The notes: a model not told the origin generated them from the letters alone. Positions 24,501-39,500 are shown, numbered from the stretch's first letter. The stretch: DNA of 52,621 nt from an uncultured Planctomycetia bacterium (GCA_964445715.1 CAYULJ010000001.1:1-52621); one strand, 5' to 3'. Program-made: numbers and translations.

Positions 24501-27500
24501 GGCATGTCCAGCAAGGTCAGTACACTCTAGATGTCGATGCTAATACGCTTCGCACTTTCCTCCGTGAAGAGTCGCCCAACGAACATCGCATAGTAATGAT
24601 GTACGACTTTCTGCCAAAGTTCACTCCGTGGCTTGTAATAGTAAAAGGAGAAGAGACTACTTTTAAGCTGATGCACGCCATGACAGGGCTTCGTTATCCA
24701 TTAGAGCGCTTGCGATTCATCGCTGCAGGCGAAACCTGGGATGTTGAGACCGAACAGTTAATTATTGAAAACGTTGAAAAAGGCATCATGCCGCCAAACC
24801 TTGAGTTTAGAGGCATGGCTGTCCGTGAAGAGAATATAACCCAGGCAGATATAGAGGCATTGCCTACGGAAGACCGCAGATGGCGCCTGCGCAGGGCAGT
24901 CTGGAGCCAGTCATCACAGCCATATACCAAACCTGGTGCAAACACAGCAGTCTTAGGCTTCTCTGATGGTACGCACGGCATTATCTATGACAACGAGAAT
25001 CTGCCGCAAGAGAATCAAACCTTACAGTTTGTCTTAGCGACAATGGATGGCGTCGCGACAGTGCGTAGCCTTGCAGATGGAGCGTTTAAGGAATCTCTTG
25101 AAGCAATGTCAGACATATCAGATGTTGATGTATTAGTGCGTACCTATATGGGTAAATTAACGTCGGAAGAACGGCAAAACCACTATCGCTTTAACCTGAA
25201 GCAGGGTCGTATCCTCAGGCGCCACCTCAGGTATTTTGTGAACCACACACTTCCGACACTATTACGTGAGACAGAAACAAACCAAAAGCTTTTCTCAACA
25301 GCGCTCCTTTTTGAAGAGATAAAACAGGAAATGCGACAGCCAAGAAGCAAGAATCCGTTTGAGAATCAGAGCAGAGAAAACCGTATAAGGGACCTCATAA
25401 ACTTATACATTGTGCTGGCCAATATGCCTGGATATGGCGAGGCAGCAACTGAATATATTAAAGGAGAGATAGGTAAAGATGAATTTATAAAGAGACTCCT
25501 TATAGGAGAATTTAGAAGAATTAATGAACCTAAGAATGGCCAGGGACGGCTTGCCAAGATTAACACCGCGCTTCAAACCACTGACCCGGACAGGTCCAAG
25601 GGGTCACAGGGCCAGGTAGCAGCATTTATGCATGGTGAATATGCAAGCTGGTACACTGCTGGTTGGGATGGTTTTCATGCTGCCCAGGATACGTTTAAGC
25701 CGCTTGGAGGCACCACTGGATACTTCTGCGTAGAGCCAGTAGAGGAGATTGACTGGGAAGATGATGAAGTTATCGATAAATTAAAATTAAAGGAAGATGC
25801 AGAGTACGAAGGCGTTGATCCAGGCGCTACGTATGCTGATATAATCAGCGGACATTATGTACAAAAGAACAAACTGCTCACCTTAGGTGCCTGGGATGAA
25901 TTCCAGGTCGCAGAAGACTACATGCTTGGTATGATGTTGTGGTGGTATGGATTTAATGTCGCAGCATTCTATAGCGTTACCCCTGAAGATCCAGGTGGCT
26001 TTGAGTCAGAGTTTGGATTCAAGTTCAGGCCAAAACAGATGTCCCGCTGGGTCAAGGGATACATTATTGGGTGGGTCATTGCAACCGAAAGCCCTAAGAA
26101 CATGCGTGAGCTCTGGGAACGTAAGGGGCTCTGGGGTTATATAGTATTCTTTATCCCTACCCTAGCCAGTACCCTAAATCCGCTGTTATTTAGTGTTGCC
26201 CGCGCAGTGGCGCACGTATGGTGGCTCTTCTTTGTGCCTATCGCATGGATAATCAAATACGCCAGTAACAACGCAAATCTTCATGCCCTGCTCCACCAGA
26301 CCCAGCTCGGGGACCTGTTGCTTAATATACAGGAGGTTGCCCAGAGCTTTATACCAGACAGCCTTAACTTTATGCCGTCTTCAACCGCATGGATCCTCGG
26401 AGCTGGGATTGTCTTTGTCCCATTTATGTTGCATACTTACTTTACAATCCGGGGCATCTTTAAAGGTGTAGCTGATTATCTTGGCAGGGAAGTAATGCTT
26501 GCTGAATATGATGAGTTGCTCGAGAAGGCGCTTGGAAAGACGATTTCGCCTGACATTGAAGAAAAAAATACCCTGGCAGATCCCAATAGAAGAGCTATTG
26601 TTGAAATGTTTCTGGATCAAGAAAAGAAGATCGACCGACTTTTAGAGCAGCATGATTTATATACTATGTTGCCGCATATGAATGCGCTCATGTCTTCTGA
26701 ATTGCCCCAGGCTAAGGAGCTTCAGGAGCTTTTGACAAGAGTTAGGTCTGGGGAGATACTTACCTTAGACGAAACGCGTACGCTCAATCAATTGTTGCTC
26801 AGTGCTGTTTATGTCCAGAGTGATAGTTACTATGTACCTGTCTTAAGAGAAGTCCTGTCGCGCCGGGATATTATTGCGACTGGTAAGCTAATAGAATCCC
26901 CGGGCATTATCTCGCATACAAAATGGTACAGACGCGCTAGTATTCTAGTGGCTGGCTTGATTGCCACAGTCATAAGTCCGGGCATGGGTATATGGTGGCT
27001 GACCATTGGCCTATGGGCTGGTGTTACAGCAGTGATTGCATTTGTGTTATATCTGGGCATTATGTTTATGGGCAACCGCTATATAAATGAAGCAGACAAT
27101 GATATCGAAGAGCGCAGTGTCCGCGCAATGCGCTTCAGGATGGCAGCGCCCAACCTATTCATAGGATTTTATCATACCTTATATATACTTGGGAATGCAA
27201 TTGCCTGGCAAGAGATATTGAGTGGGGCGCGAGTTGGCTACTGGTGGCGAACGCCTCGTACGATAGGGATTCTTGAGGACATAGAAACCCGCCACCTCAA
27301 GAAGAAGTCAGATGACGTGGAAGAGGAAGAGAAGGAATTCTTAACAAAAAGCAAGTGGTCATTGCGAGCCAAGGTTTATGACAATAAAGAAATGGAGATG
27401 AATCTTGAGCAGGAACGGCTTACTGTTAAATTGTTATATAACTGGGGTTTTGTAGGAGCAATGCTGCTTTTGACAACCCTTGGCTTGCGTTGGGACATGC

Positions 27501-30500
27501 GGGATTACCTGCTCTCGGCAGATGTGTCTTCGGTTCTTGTAAATATGAAGGCACCGTTCCCATGGCTTATGACTGGTGCATTGTCGTTGGTAGCTGTGGC
27601 TGGAGCTATCTGGGCTATTCGAGCATTGCGAACTCGTCGTGAAAAGCCAACTACAAGCCATGTCTCTGTCCGAGGCTCATTAGTAGCTGGGGCAGTTTCC
27701 AGTGTAGGCGTCCTTGCAACAGCCAGTGCAGCTATAATAGGGCTGCCTGTTGTGTTGGTAATCGGTCTTGGTGCAATATTAGGACTGCCATCATTTGCTG
27801 CAGCGTTGTTCTACTCTGCTCAAGGCATATTGATATTTATTGCAAGGCATGGTCTAATAAGAGGGCCTGACAGGTTGAGCGAGAGATTTAGCAGTGTCTC
27901 CTATCGCCTCGATCCTACCTCAAAAGACCCTGCCTATGTAAGAAATAACATCCTCTATATAAATGAAGACATAATGAAACTCCTCCCAATCTGGCTGCAG
28001 GAATCTATATTAGGACATGAGCTTGATCACCTTACGGGAAAAGGTGAGGTAGGTGCTTATATCGGACAAGTATTGAGATTACTTCGCACCTTTAGCGCTC
28101 GCAATGACAAGGAATATATCCTTAATTTAACCCAAGGGAATCTCAGAAATCATACTAGGAGAGTCGCGCAGATAGCGGTTTTACTCGGTCGCCATATGGG
28201 GTTGTCGCGGGAAGAGATCAATGTCATTGAATATCTTGCATTGGTCCATGATTTAGGTGCTTCTCAGGATGTATTTACGCCAGAAGAACTCGATGCGCTG
28301 AAGAAAAAACTTGAAACTCTTGGAATACCCCATGAGGATTACAAAGGTTTTGCGCCTCGGGGCCGATATGAAGAATTTAGAACCCGAGTAAGTGACTTAC
28401 CCGAAGGCACTTTCACAGATAAAGAACAGAGGAATATAATAGGCAGGTTCTATCCTGCAGATAGCACTTTGGCTTTCCTCCGCGAACATGGCCTTCCTGT
28501 AACTCCTGAAGCAGAGCTTATAGTTGGATATCATCATATGTACGATAGGCTTTCACAAGATCCAAGGCTAACGCCTACGAACACTGGATTTGTAAAAATG
28601 GCCCTAGCTATTCTTATTACTGCTGATGTATTTGAAAATGGTAACAATGTGGTTAAGAGAACAACCTGGTTTGACAAGGGGCCTGAATCCCCTGAAGAAA
28701 CACTCGAATTCCTAGAGCAGACATATGCTCAACAAGGGATAGAAGATAGACGTTCCCTGGAGGCATTAAACCAATTAATCGCAGCAGAAAATGAAGAACT
28801 GTTTGATATCGTCCGTGATGCAAGAGATCTTTCTTTGCCAGGCCGACAGGTCAAATATCCTGCTCTTCGAGCCACGCTTACGCGTCCGACAACGCAGGTA
28901 ACATTTGTCATTGAGCTGGCAGATGGTTCTCGCAGGTATTTTTCCCAACGCATAGATCCCGTCATTCTAGATAACGATGAGTCTTTCCAGAGAGCAGTCG
29001 CGGATCTATCCAGAGAATTACAGAGTATTCTTTGGGGCATAGGAGGAGAAAGGGTATGGGTATATTCTTCCAGCAACGCGCCTCAGATAGTTGGACTTAT
29101 AGACGGAGTCATAGGAGAATTCTCTCCTGGTGGCCGCCACCATGATGTAGTCAAGGCGCTTTCCTGGATGTATGGCCGTGAGCGTAAAGACATTACCTTT
29201 CATGTAGATAAGCCTTCCAGAAGACAGACACGTTTCTTTAGAATAGAAAGAGTTATTAATTTCTTAAAGAGGGCTTTCCGCAGGATATTCAGTTTTTATA
29301 TAAGGCGTAAAGAGACAGAAGAGCTTGAAAAACTTTCTAAGGCAAGAGATGTAAGGAACAATATCTCTTCTATAGACGTAGGAGGTTCTGATATAAAGAT
29401 AGCCGCCTATAATAATAGAGGGGAACTAGTGTTCCTGAAGATACATAAAGGAGGCTGGAAGCCTCATACATTTACTCGCGCAGCACAGCATGAAAAAGTA
29501 GTTTTGTCGCTTTTGAGATTGACCCGGCTTGCTATAAGTTTATCCCTTATTCCAGAATCAGAGAGGGATAATGACGTGGATGTTATTATGGCCAGACTGA
29601 AAGAAATAGAGCGCGATAGCAGTGTCGATATAGTAAGTGAAAGCGGTATAAAAAATTTCGTAGAAAGCGCTGAAGAGATCTTGGCTCAGAGAATGGCGCG
29701 CTTGGACGCTATATCTATAAGCTGGCCTGACGTAGTTGTAGATGGACTAGCTGTAGGCGGAGATACATCAAAGACCAGAAATCTTTCCGGACGCAGAGAC
29801 GAAAGGACTAGTCGACCAAAAGACATATATCTCGACGATGAATATTGGGATGAATTCGAAAAACTCATGCCGCTTGCCCAGACCGTATCTCAAAACTTTG
29901 AGAATATACCTGTAACGATACTCAATGATGGCCGCGTAGGTCCTTTTGGAGCAGGAGTTATACTGGGTAGATCAGATATATTAGGCATTGCCCTGGGCAC
30001 AAGCGTTGGTTCTGGAATTTTCACTATAAAAGAATTACCCGATTCCCCTACATATATAGGCCGTATGGATCTACCAGAAGCACCTGTGCCTGACGATGTC
30101 TGGCCGACCGGGCCGATAAGACCTGCTGCGCTTTACATCTCGCAGAAAGGAGTAGCGCGCCTAGCGCCCAGTAAAGGTATTGACCTGGATAGATTTGGAA
30201 ACGATAACCGGGCCAAACTGGAATACGTGCAAGGGTTGGTTGATGAGAACCATCAAGGGGCAATTGAGATATTCGAGCAGATGGGCGAATGGTTGGCAGA
30301 TACAGTGACAAGGGCGCGTTATTACTGGAGTGAAGACGGCATAAAGACTGTTGTGCTATTTGGAAAGGTTACGCAGGGCGCATCAGGAAGGATTATGAGA
30401 GATGTTGCTCAGGGAATAGTAGCCTCCCATGGCATAGAACTCCTTTTCGCCTTTGATCTTACTGATGACAGCGTGGCGAAAAATCTGTCTCATCTGCGTC

Positions 30501-33500
30501 CTGAGATCGAGACCATGAGTAATTTAGCAGAGAAAGAGGAAATGACCAATGACCTCACGCAGGACTTTTTCCAGGCCATTGCCGGTTGCTGGCTGGCTAA
30601 TTATAATCTGGGAGCGGGAGATAGAGCTCCTGAACAGACCTCGTTTTCACTTCCTTCTAATGTAGTAGCGGCATTGCAGACACTTTTGCCTGGCGAAAGG
30701 ATCGACGACACAACCCAGGCAAGACAGATATTAATGGGTACTTTCAGGGCATGGGTTGAGGGTATGGCAGGAGTGGAAGATTTGATCGCTTCTCAGAAGA
30801 GAGGCCATGAGCAGGCGCAGGAACTTTGTGAAAGGTTCCTGGCAGTAGTGTCTGTTGGTTTAGCCAATGAATATCAACGCCCTCTTGATGAAATAACCGA
30901 GTCTGAGTTTGACAGAATGTATGGGGCAATACCGATCATCCTCGCAGGCGGTTTTGGAGAAAGATATTCTCGTAATGGCCTGATGCATAAGTCTATGGGG
31001 CATACGATGCAGGGCGAGACAAACTATCGTTTTGCGCTTTACGGTGGACACTTCTCGCCAAGGGCGCGCCCTGTAGTGACGATAAGTGACTTATCAATCC
31101 GGGCAGTCTTAAAGGATGAGGTATTGTACAGGCTTGACAGAGGCGAGGTGACATTCGATGACCTTATGCCTGTTGAAAAATATAAGATAGCCATCATATC
31201 GGAAGAATTCCTTGACCGCGAAAAGCTGGCGCGTTACTTTACCGAAGATTCTGTAATAGTGCGTTGCAACGGAGATGGTTATGGCGGAGAGTTCATGGAT
31301 GTCATAAGAGAGACCCAGAAAGAGAGCCAGGATGGATTTGCGTATTACATCCGCTTGGATGACGGAAGCGCCCCCAGCATCGATCCCGAACTCCCATGTA
31401 TTCATCTGGTTGCGTGGATGGAAGCAGTGGCCTCCCAGAATCTTATTACCGTAGGACTTAAAAATGATACAGTAATAGCGGGTAAAGGCAATCCTGTCTA
31501 TGATGAGAACGGAATGGTCAAGAACCTGATAGACTGGCGCAATATCTCTTTCGCGGAAAGAAAAGACCTCTTGCTTCAGCTTGTGAAAGATATCCCTGAA
31601 AACAGAGACCTCAGGGTAAGGCTTGAGTTATTCGAAGAACTGGCACCTGAGGAAAGGGCATTGTTGATAGACGAGATACACAATAATATTCCTCTGGACA
31701 GCCGTAATCAGATGCTTATAAACGCCAACTGCGTGGTGCTGCACCGTGGCGCAATACCTTATTTTGCCGAAGTAAAAGAGCATCCGGCGCTGCAGGGCCA
31801 GGTTGATGATCGCAAAGGTATAGCGGAATTCTCTCCCAGGGACGCGATGGTCGTTATCCATTCAGAGTATAAGGAAGGGCGTATTCCATTGGGCCATGTA
31901 GAATTCGAGAGAGGCGTAGACAGCGTGAAGAACGTATGGATACAGAGCGAGTTGTCTCGTTTATGGCAGTCTCAGATTAAAGAGGCCTTAGCAGAGTTTC
32001 CCGGTGTGGATACGGACAGATTAGATTATCTCTTGATTTATGGCGGACCTGGTGGGGCCAGGAATCCTATTGATGTATTAGGGGAGATATTCGGTTCTAA
32101 CCCGGAAGGCATATCGCTGCGCGGGAGAGTTATGCTGGATGCCAACGTGCGGATAGATTCCGGAGTAACGATAGAGGATAGCGTTCTTTTGGGCTCGACT
32201 GCAGTAGCTGAAAGAGCTAATATCAGTAACAGTACATTGCGTAATAGGCAAGTAGGTTCCGGAGATACGGTTGAAAGCGAAATACATTTGCCTGAAGCAG
32301 AAGATACATTATTGAATGATTCTTACTATGAGCGTGGAGGTTCAGGTGTTCCAGAAGAACTATGGGATATCCTGCACGGCGAACCCCTGTTTAGTCCTTT
32401 GACTTCACCTGCCCATAAGACCAACGGACAGATATTAGAAGATATCAGGTATTTGCGTTCCATCGCGCTAGGCGAGGAAGATGATGTCATTGATATAGAT
32501 CGCTCAGAAGACCCTGCTTACGTAACCAATATCATACTTTCCCATATAGGTTTATTTAGCAATCTCTGGACCCAGGATCCTCCGGTTGCAGGGCAGCCAG
32601 TAGTTTCGCCTGTACCTATAGAGGATATACCTTTTGAATTCCCAGAGCCTGAACAGGATAGCCTGGTAAGGGTTTTTGGCAAGCTTGTCTTTGACCCGGT
32701 CAGCAAGTTGATGACGCGCGTTATAGACCAGATAATCATGGCTGGCCCGGTCAGGCTCGCTAATAGTTCGGTCAAGATCGGCAATGGTACATACCTGGAT
32801 GAGGTAGATGTGAACAGCGCTGCTTATATCGGAGATGGATGGGCTATTGTCTCCAGCGAATTAGGACAGAGAGAGCAGGAAGGATTGGTGATTTTAGGTG
32901 ATCATCCTCTGGTGATCGACAAGCGTTCGCGTCGTTATTGGCATCGTTCGCCAGACAGCGGCAGACTAAATAATCCTACTATTATGCAGGATGTCGATAT
33001 ACGGGCAAAAAGGACATACATAGGCCCGGGCGCAGGTGTCGATGTTCCTCATGAAAGGGGCCGTGTACTTAAAGGAGCGGTCCTGAGCGGAGAATACGTG
33101 ATAATCCCTGAAGGCAGAGAGATCACTTCTGATATAGACGGGTTAATGCAGGAGGAAATAGACCTTATCCAGACGCTTTCCTCTGAAACGGTATATAATG
33201 CATCCCACGTCCTGTTGGATGTATTGCAAGGCGAAGATGTCGGAAGGTTTACTTCTGCGGCCACTGCATTGTCTGTATTGATCGCCCAGGATAAGAGGGC
33301 ATTTGTAGAGGACATCCTATCCTGGCTTAGAGCCGAGCACCCTGAATTGAACAATGTCTTGATGCTTAAGATGGTGGCTATATCCCGTATAGTCGATGAG
33401 CAAAAAGTCTTCCGTGGGTTTATATTAGAGCAAGACATTGCGCCTCGTTCTCCTCCTCGGTTTACCAGTTATGATAACATCAGGGCTTCATTGGACATGC

Positions 33501-36500
33501 CTGGGTTAGAAGTTTTACAAAGAGTCATAGGTGAGGCTGTTAATGTCGGACTTGACCCGCAGATAATGGGTAAGGTGAAAAAAGGCAGGGTTTATGTATC
33601 ACAGATGACAAACCTTTCCAGCTATCCCACTGCCGAGGAATTAGGTATGGCTATTGCCGCCAATAGCACTCTTAAAAATGTCCAGGATATAACTGTATTA
33701 TTTCAGGCGCGCGCTGATATAAAAAGAGATGGTACTGTCAATCAGGCAGTTGCTCAGGCATTTAGCGAGCGTTTTGGCGTTGAACCGGACCCGGGTTTCA
33801 TTATAGATCTATACCAGGCCTTATTCGGGCCATTGGATGATATTGGATTGCCGGAAGATGAAGAATTCAGCTTCGTGTGCTTCAGGGGGGGCAGGGGCGC
33901 TGCATGGTTTTTAAAGGAGATGCGTTCTCAGCTGGCTGCAATGGGAGTTGAGCCTGATATGATTATGTTGCCTGGAGCTACGGATGACGGCAGGAGCTGG
34001 TTATTGTGCAGCCTTCTCTTCCGAGCCAGCGGCATGCCTGATATAGGTAAGTCAAATCTCGATATCGCCAGAGATATAAAACTGGCAGAGGTCATAAGCG
34101 GGGGCAACAAGGCACAGCGTATAAACAGGATAAGTGACCTAAGGGTTTGGGAGAATGAAAGACACCCTCTATGGATCGCCTTGACTGAATATGCCGCTGA
34201 AACAGGACATCGGGATAAAGTAGATACTATACTGGGATATTTTGATAATTTCTGGAACGAACTCCAGAGGATAAGGAAAGAGATTAATCCTGAGGAGGCA
34301 AAGGAGACTGCTATCCATACCCTGACAGAGCTCAGGGAAGCTATGCTGATAGGCGAAGTAGTTGTCGGCTCAAGGAAGATCTGGGGAAATTTTGTCAGTA
34401 ATATTGGTCGCTATGCATCTTTAAACGGATATAAGTTTAGTGCAGATGAAAGCCGTCAGCTTGAGAGAATATATGATGTCTTAAGACATCCAGTAGAAGA
34501 ATTTAGCCGCGCTGATCTCGAAGATTCACTGGATGAATATATCTCAGCCCTGTCTGATACAGCCAGAAGAGAACTTCTCTATGCGCTCTTCTGCGCTAAC
34601 ATGGAAATCCCTGACTTCGGTATCCCTGCGCGTAGTATAATCCTTGTTGGCTCTTTTGTTGGCGTTATGCAAGAGAGCGGGTATGGCGCGGAAGAGCGTC
34701 ATTTAGCCTGGCAGGAAGCCATTGACGAAATAGGTAACCTCCTGGAAATCCAGGGCAAGGTAATACCTGCTACTTCCTCAAGATACCATCTCTCAGGATT
34801 GTGTTTCCCCGACCAGGAAATCCTCTCAGAAGACGCTTATAACGAGGTTCCTAAAAAAGGTAACTATTATTACACAAGACTAATGCCTCACCCGTTGAGA
34901 TTAGAAGATAAGCGCAGGATGCGCACTGCTGACCTTGAAGAGAAAAGGATAATCCTCGATGAAGTGGGAGGGCCGATTTCTGAGATTACTACAAATCCAG
35001 AGGCAGTCGAGGCTATAGAAAAAGCTCCTCTGGTTTTATTCTTCCCTACTACATTGGTTTCCAATATAGGCTCTGCCCTGATCGCTCCTGGTATTGGCGA
35101 TGCGATAGAATCTTCCGATGGCTTAGGTATCTATATCCCCAATGCCCGTCTCGAGAATGATCCACCAGGGACGACTGCCTCTGTTATGCTTGATGACTTG
35201 ATCAGGATGATGTCCTTGCAATTTCGGGCAGATCTTTCAGAAAATGGACTTGCTAATGCCCCTGACTATTTAGATTATGTCCTTTTAAGGGTTCCGTGCC
35301 TATATAATGCCTACAGGGCCTGGGTTAAGGGAGAAACAGGTGAGATAGTCGAGACAGGTTATGTTGCTGATGCTATGGACGAGATAAAATCCACAGGGGT
35401 TTCAGTGGTAGGGTTGGATATAGAGGACCCAAAGATGACCTCTAAGGGTAAGTTCCTTGCCCCACCTTTGACCAGGACAATATTACAACTTTATCGTCTT
35501 AGACAGTTGGGCGTTGATATAGAAGGAGACGCTCTTGTCTTTGGGCCAGATGATGGCCGGTCTCCTTCTGCTGTTAGTCTTAGCAGTACTCACATGGAGG
35601 CTATGGAGAGCCGGTTGCAACAGATAGGCATTCCTCCTCAGGTGCCTCAGGAAATCATTGCGCGCCTAAGAAAAGGATTACAGAGCCCTGCGGACTATTG
35701 GTTCTATGAGCGCGCAAAGAGGGCTTTGCAGCTAGGCTGGGATACAGATGTCTTGTCCAGAGAGGAATGGCTTAGTCGCATAGAGCGGCCAGAAGAGGGT
35801 TTGAGCGAAGAGGATTCTAGGTTAGTCAATGTCATTACGCCTGTAGATGCCTATGATAAGGACGGAAATCTAGACCCTAAAAATACCAGCACAAGAGAAG
35901 AAACAGCCAGGCGTTTGGCTTTGAGAATGGCTATCGGCAGAAAACAAGCAATTATTACTGCTAAGGCCTTAGATGAACTTGTGAATAAAGATCTCGAGAT
36001 ATATGGGCCAATAAGAGGGGCAGTGATTGGACTCATGATAGAAGAAGGCTGGCCTGAGCCAGAGAGGATGGCAGATGACTTATTGCTTGATTTATTCGAA
36101 GTTTACTTGGATAGCGGAGCTACTCGTTTCCTGCCCCAGAGAGAAGTAGTTAATCAAACCGAATTATTATTAGATACAGACTATGCAAGAGGCTTTGATG
36201 ACAGAATAATCGAGCATATTAATAGTGTTATCTTTGGAGAAGGGTCAGTTAGTGAAGGTATTAGGACTGAAAGAGCGAGTTTACCTGAGGCGGAAGATAG
36301 CATAGTCAATCTATTTAGGATTCAAAACGGAGACAGTTTAATTGTTACTAAGATACAAGTCTGCCCTCTTGGCAAAGTCAAGACTGATAGACGGATTAGA
36401 GAAAGATTAGCTGTTCTTATGAATGATGCGTTTGATGATTTAGGCATAGGGCCTAACTCCGAAAATGGTAAGATGAGAGTAAAGGCTACTGCTACTGGAA

Positions 36501-39500
36501 CTACTTCCACTGATATAACATTAATAATGCCTGATGGGAGCACTATCGAGAAAGATAGGGCTATCCTAAATATATTCTCCCAAGATCATATTCGGGTAGA
36601 ATTTTATGGCGATGAAGTGATGAGCGGTAATGATAAATCTGTAACAGATCTTAAAGCAAGATCTCCAGAACTCGATCTAGAAGTGGTAAGCGTAGATAAA
36701 GGCTTGAACGAAGGAGATATTATTAAATTAGAGCAGAGAGGCGTGAAGCTGGTAAGAGATGAAGATGGCAATGTTATCTCTGGGCATGAGGCTGTTGCAT
36801 ATCAGCTGGATAGAGAACTCGAGATCTTAGTTGGAGAGTTTGATGAGGAGAATATTCTTAAGAGGATATATAAGCGTCAGGAAAAAGAGAAATCAAGTCG
36901 TATCAATGCAATGATAGATACTGGCGTTACTACATCAGGCGCACCTGGTGACCCAGTGATCGGCGTAAGGTTTAAGCTAGACCATGAAAATGGAGAGATT
37001 AAAGATAAGAGGTTAGAGCTCCATCCATTGTTAGAAGAAAGACTTTCGCAGATAGAAGACAACGAGAATTATAGAATTATACTAACCGCTTTGCTGCTGA
37101 AAGAATTGGGTCATTTTGATGAGTGGAATTATGCAGACTTACTTCCGTTGGCATTCCTGACCCAACAATATATAACTAATCCGGATGATCCAGAGATTGC
37201 AAGAAGATTAGCTGAGCTGCAGCTTGCCTTTGAGGCCCCGAAATATCAAATCCTATATGACTATTTAGTTCAGAATCTTGGTGCAGGTGAGCATGCCCGC
37301 GCAATTCAAGTCTTGACTGAAATGATTGAAGCAGAGACTGACGAATTCTTGCAAGACATGCTCAAAGGCCTCAGGACTTTCATGCTAAATGTCGGAGAAC
37401 AGGGCATAAAGAAAGCCGCGGCTTATGACCTTAGTCAGGGCATTGGTCCGATTGCAAAAGCAATAGAGATGAGTCTGGATAAACTCAATGATGAATTAGT
37501 AGATAGAGCCGTAGATGAAGCGATAGTGCCTGAGCAGTCCACAGACGAAGTCCTGCTCGGCGCGACTGTGCCGATTATCAGACGAGCACATCGCGCTAAA
37601 CTTGCCTTGCTATTAATAAGCGCTTTTGGATTAACCCAGATATCCGCAAGCCCGATGAGCCCAGGGATCCTGACTGATTGGTTGCCTTACATAGGTGGCT
37701 TGGTAGCTCTTGGAATACTAATTGTGAGATTTGGGATTTTACAAGTTGGCAGAGTGAAATTAAAAAATCAAATTAATGGAGATATACAGATTCTTAAAAG
37801 CCATCATGCCAAAAAAGGATATGCTAAGCGCGGAGTTGCTGCTGCAAAGGGAGCAAGCGAGACAGAATCATGGAGAGTTACTCAAGTCGATAGAGCCCGA
37901 AGAGAGGCCAGAAGCTTGCGAGAACAAGCTCTTAGCTCAGAAGGTGATGCTGTATGGGACGGGAAGCAATGGCTTCCTCTTGTTGGCTCGGAGCAGAAAC
38001 AACAAGACTTGCTAACACGAGCTGAAGAGGCATATTGGACGGCAGAGGGTAAAGGCCTGAGACACGGACAGAGAATACATGAACTAGAAAAAATAATTAA
38101 AGAACGGGAGAGAGAATTAAAACAGACTTTGTCAGATTTAAATAGAGCACGCATACGCCTAAAGATAGATCTAAAGCGTTTAAAGAAAGAACATAATCAT
38201 CTAAAGATAGCTTTAATATCTATTAAGGATATGATTATAGGCATGATCCCAGTCTCGGGCATTCTTGTAGCAATCGGATGGGCTGTAAATTTCTTAAACA
38301 ATCGCCTAAATGTAATTAAAAGATCTTCTGATGTACTAATTAAAGCGACCCAGACACCTGAGGTAATAGCTCCTGTAACTCATGTAACTCAAATCCCAGA
38401 TTGGGCTGTAATTCCTATTATAATTGGTGTTGTAGTTGTTGGTGCTGCACTTGCTGTTGGAATTCCTGTTGGGGCAAGCCTTATTGGTGACAAAATCCAT
38501 GGATCTTCTGATAAAGACAATAAAGAAGGCAAAGACATTTCTTCTTCTGATACCTTGAAGTCTCTCGGCATAACTGCTTTAATTACTGCAACAACAGTTA
38601 CAGCAAGCTGCCTGACCCGCTCAATGCCTGTATTTGCCGCAGGCCTTGTTCTTCTTCTGCCTCTATACATGTTCACAAACCTTTTCTTAAAACTCAAGAG
38701 GACAGAGGAAAGACTTGCCTCCCAGGAGACAAGGGCAGGTCCATATGAAGCCACAGGGCTATTCGAAAATAATGCAACCGCTGACAATAACTTAACCCAC
38801 CTTGCAACTACGATAGATGATATAATTTACTACCACCCGATAGAAATCACAAACTACCACCCAATAGAGCAATACCAGATATTCATACATGAATTGACGC
38901 ACCGGGTATTTGGAGCTAATGAAGGAATCGCATATTTTGTGCAGGGTGTAGCAGGTACACTTGTCTTGGTCCCGTTCGAGCTAATCCTACGTACAATAGG
39001 AACAGGTAGAAATCTCATACAGCGAATAGGAAATTACGGCAGGACTGTCCTTAGATTAGTTTCCACAGGAAATCTTTCCCAAAATCTTTTTTTTGACTTA
39101 CTTAAGAAAGCGTTTTCAAAAGTCCGAGGCCTTGCTCCCGAAGAGGAGCTAGAACTGCATTTGCAAAACTTGCGTGATAAAAATGCATGGGTACGAAGCA
39201 CTGCAGTAAAGGTATTAAGAGAGACTAAAGACCGCCGGGTCATTGATGGAATATTGGAAATCGTAGAGGATGAGGATGAGAATATAGAAATACGTTCTGA
39301 AGCAGCAACGCTCCTGGGAGAGATCAGGAATCGTCGACCGGTAGATGGATTAGTAGAACTTTTACTGGATAGCGCTAAAGAGGAAAAGCTGCTTTCTAAA
39401 AAGCCAGTTCCCAGGGAAGATATAGATCTGGCAATAGCATTAAAAAATATGCGCTGTGCTATAGCAGAGGCCTTAGGAAAAATTGGAGGCCGTAGTGCGA

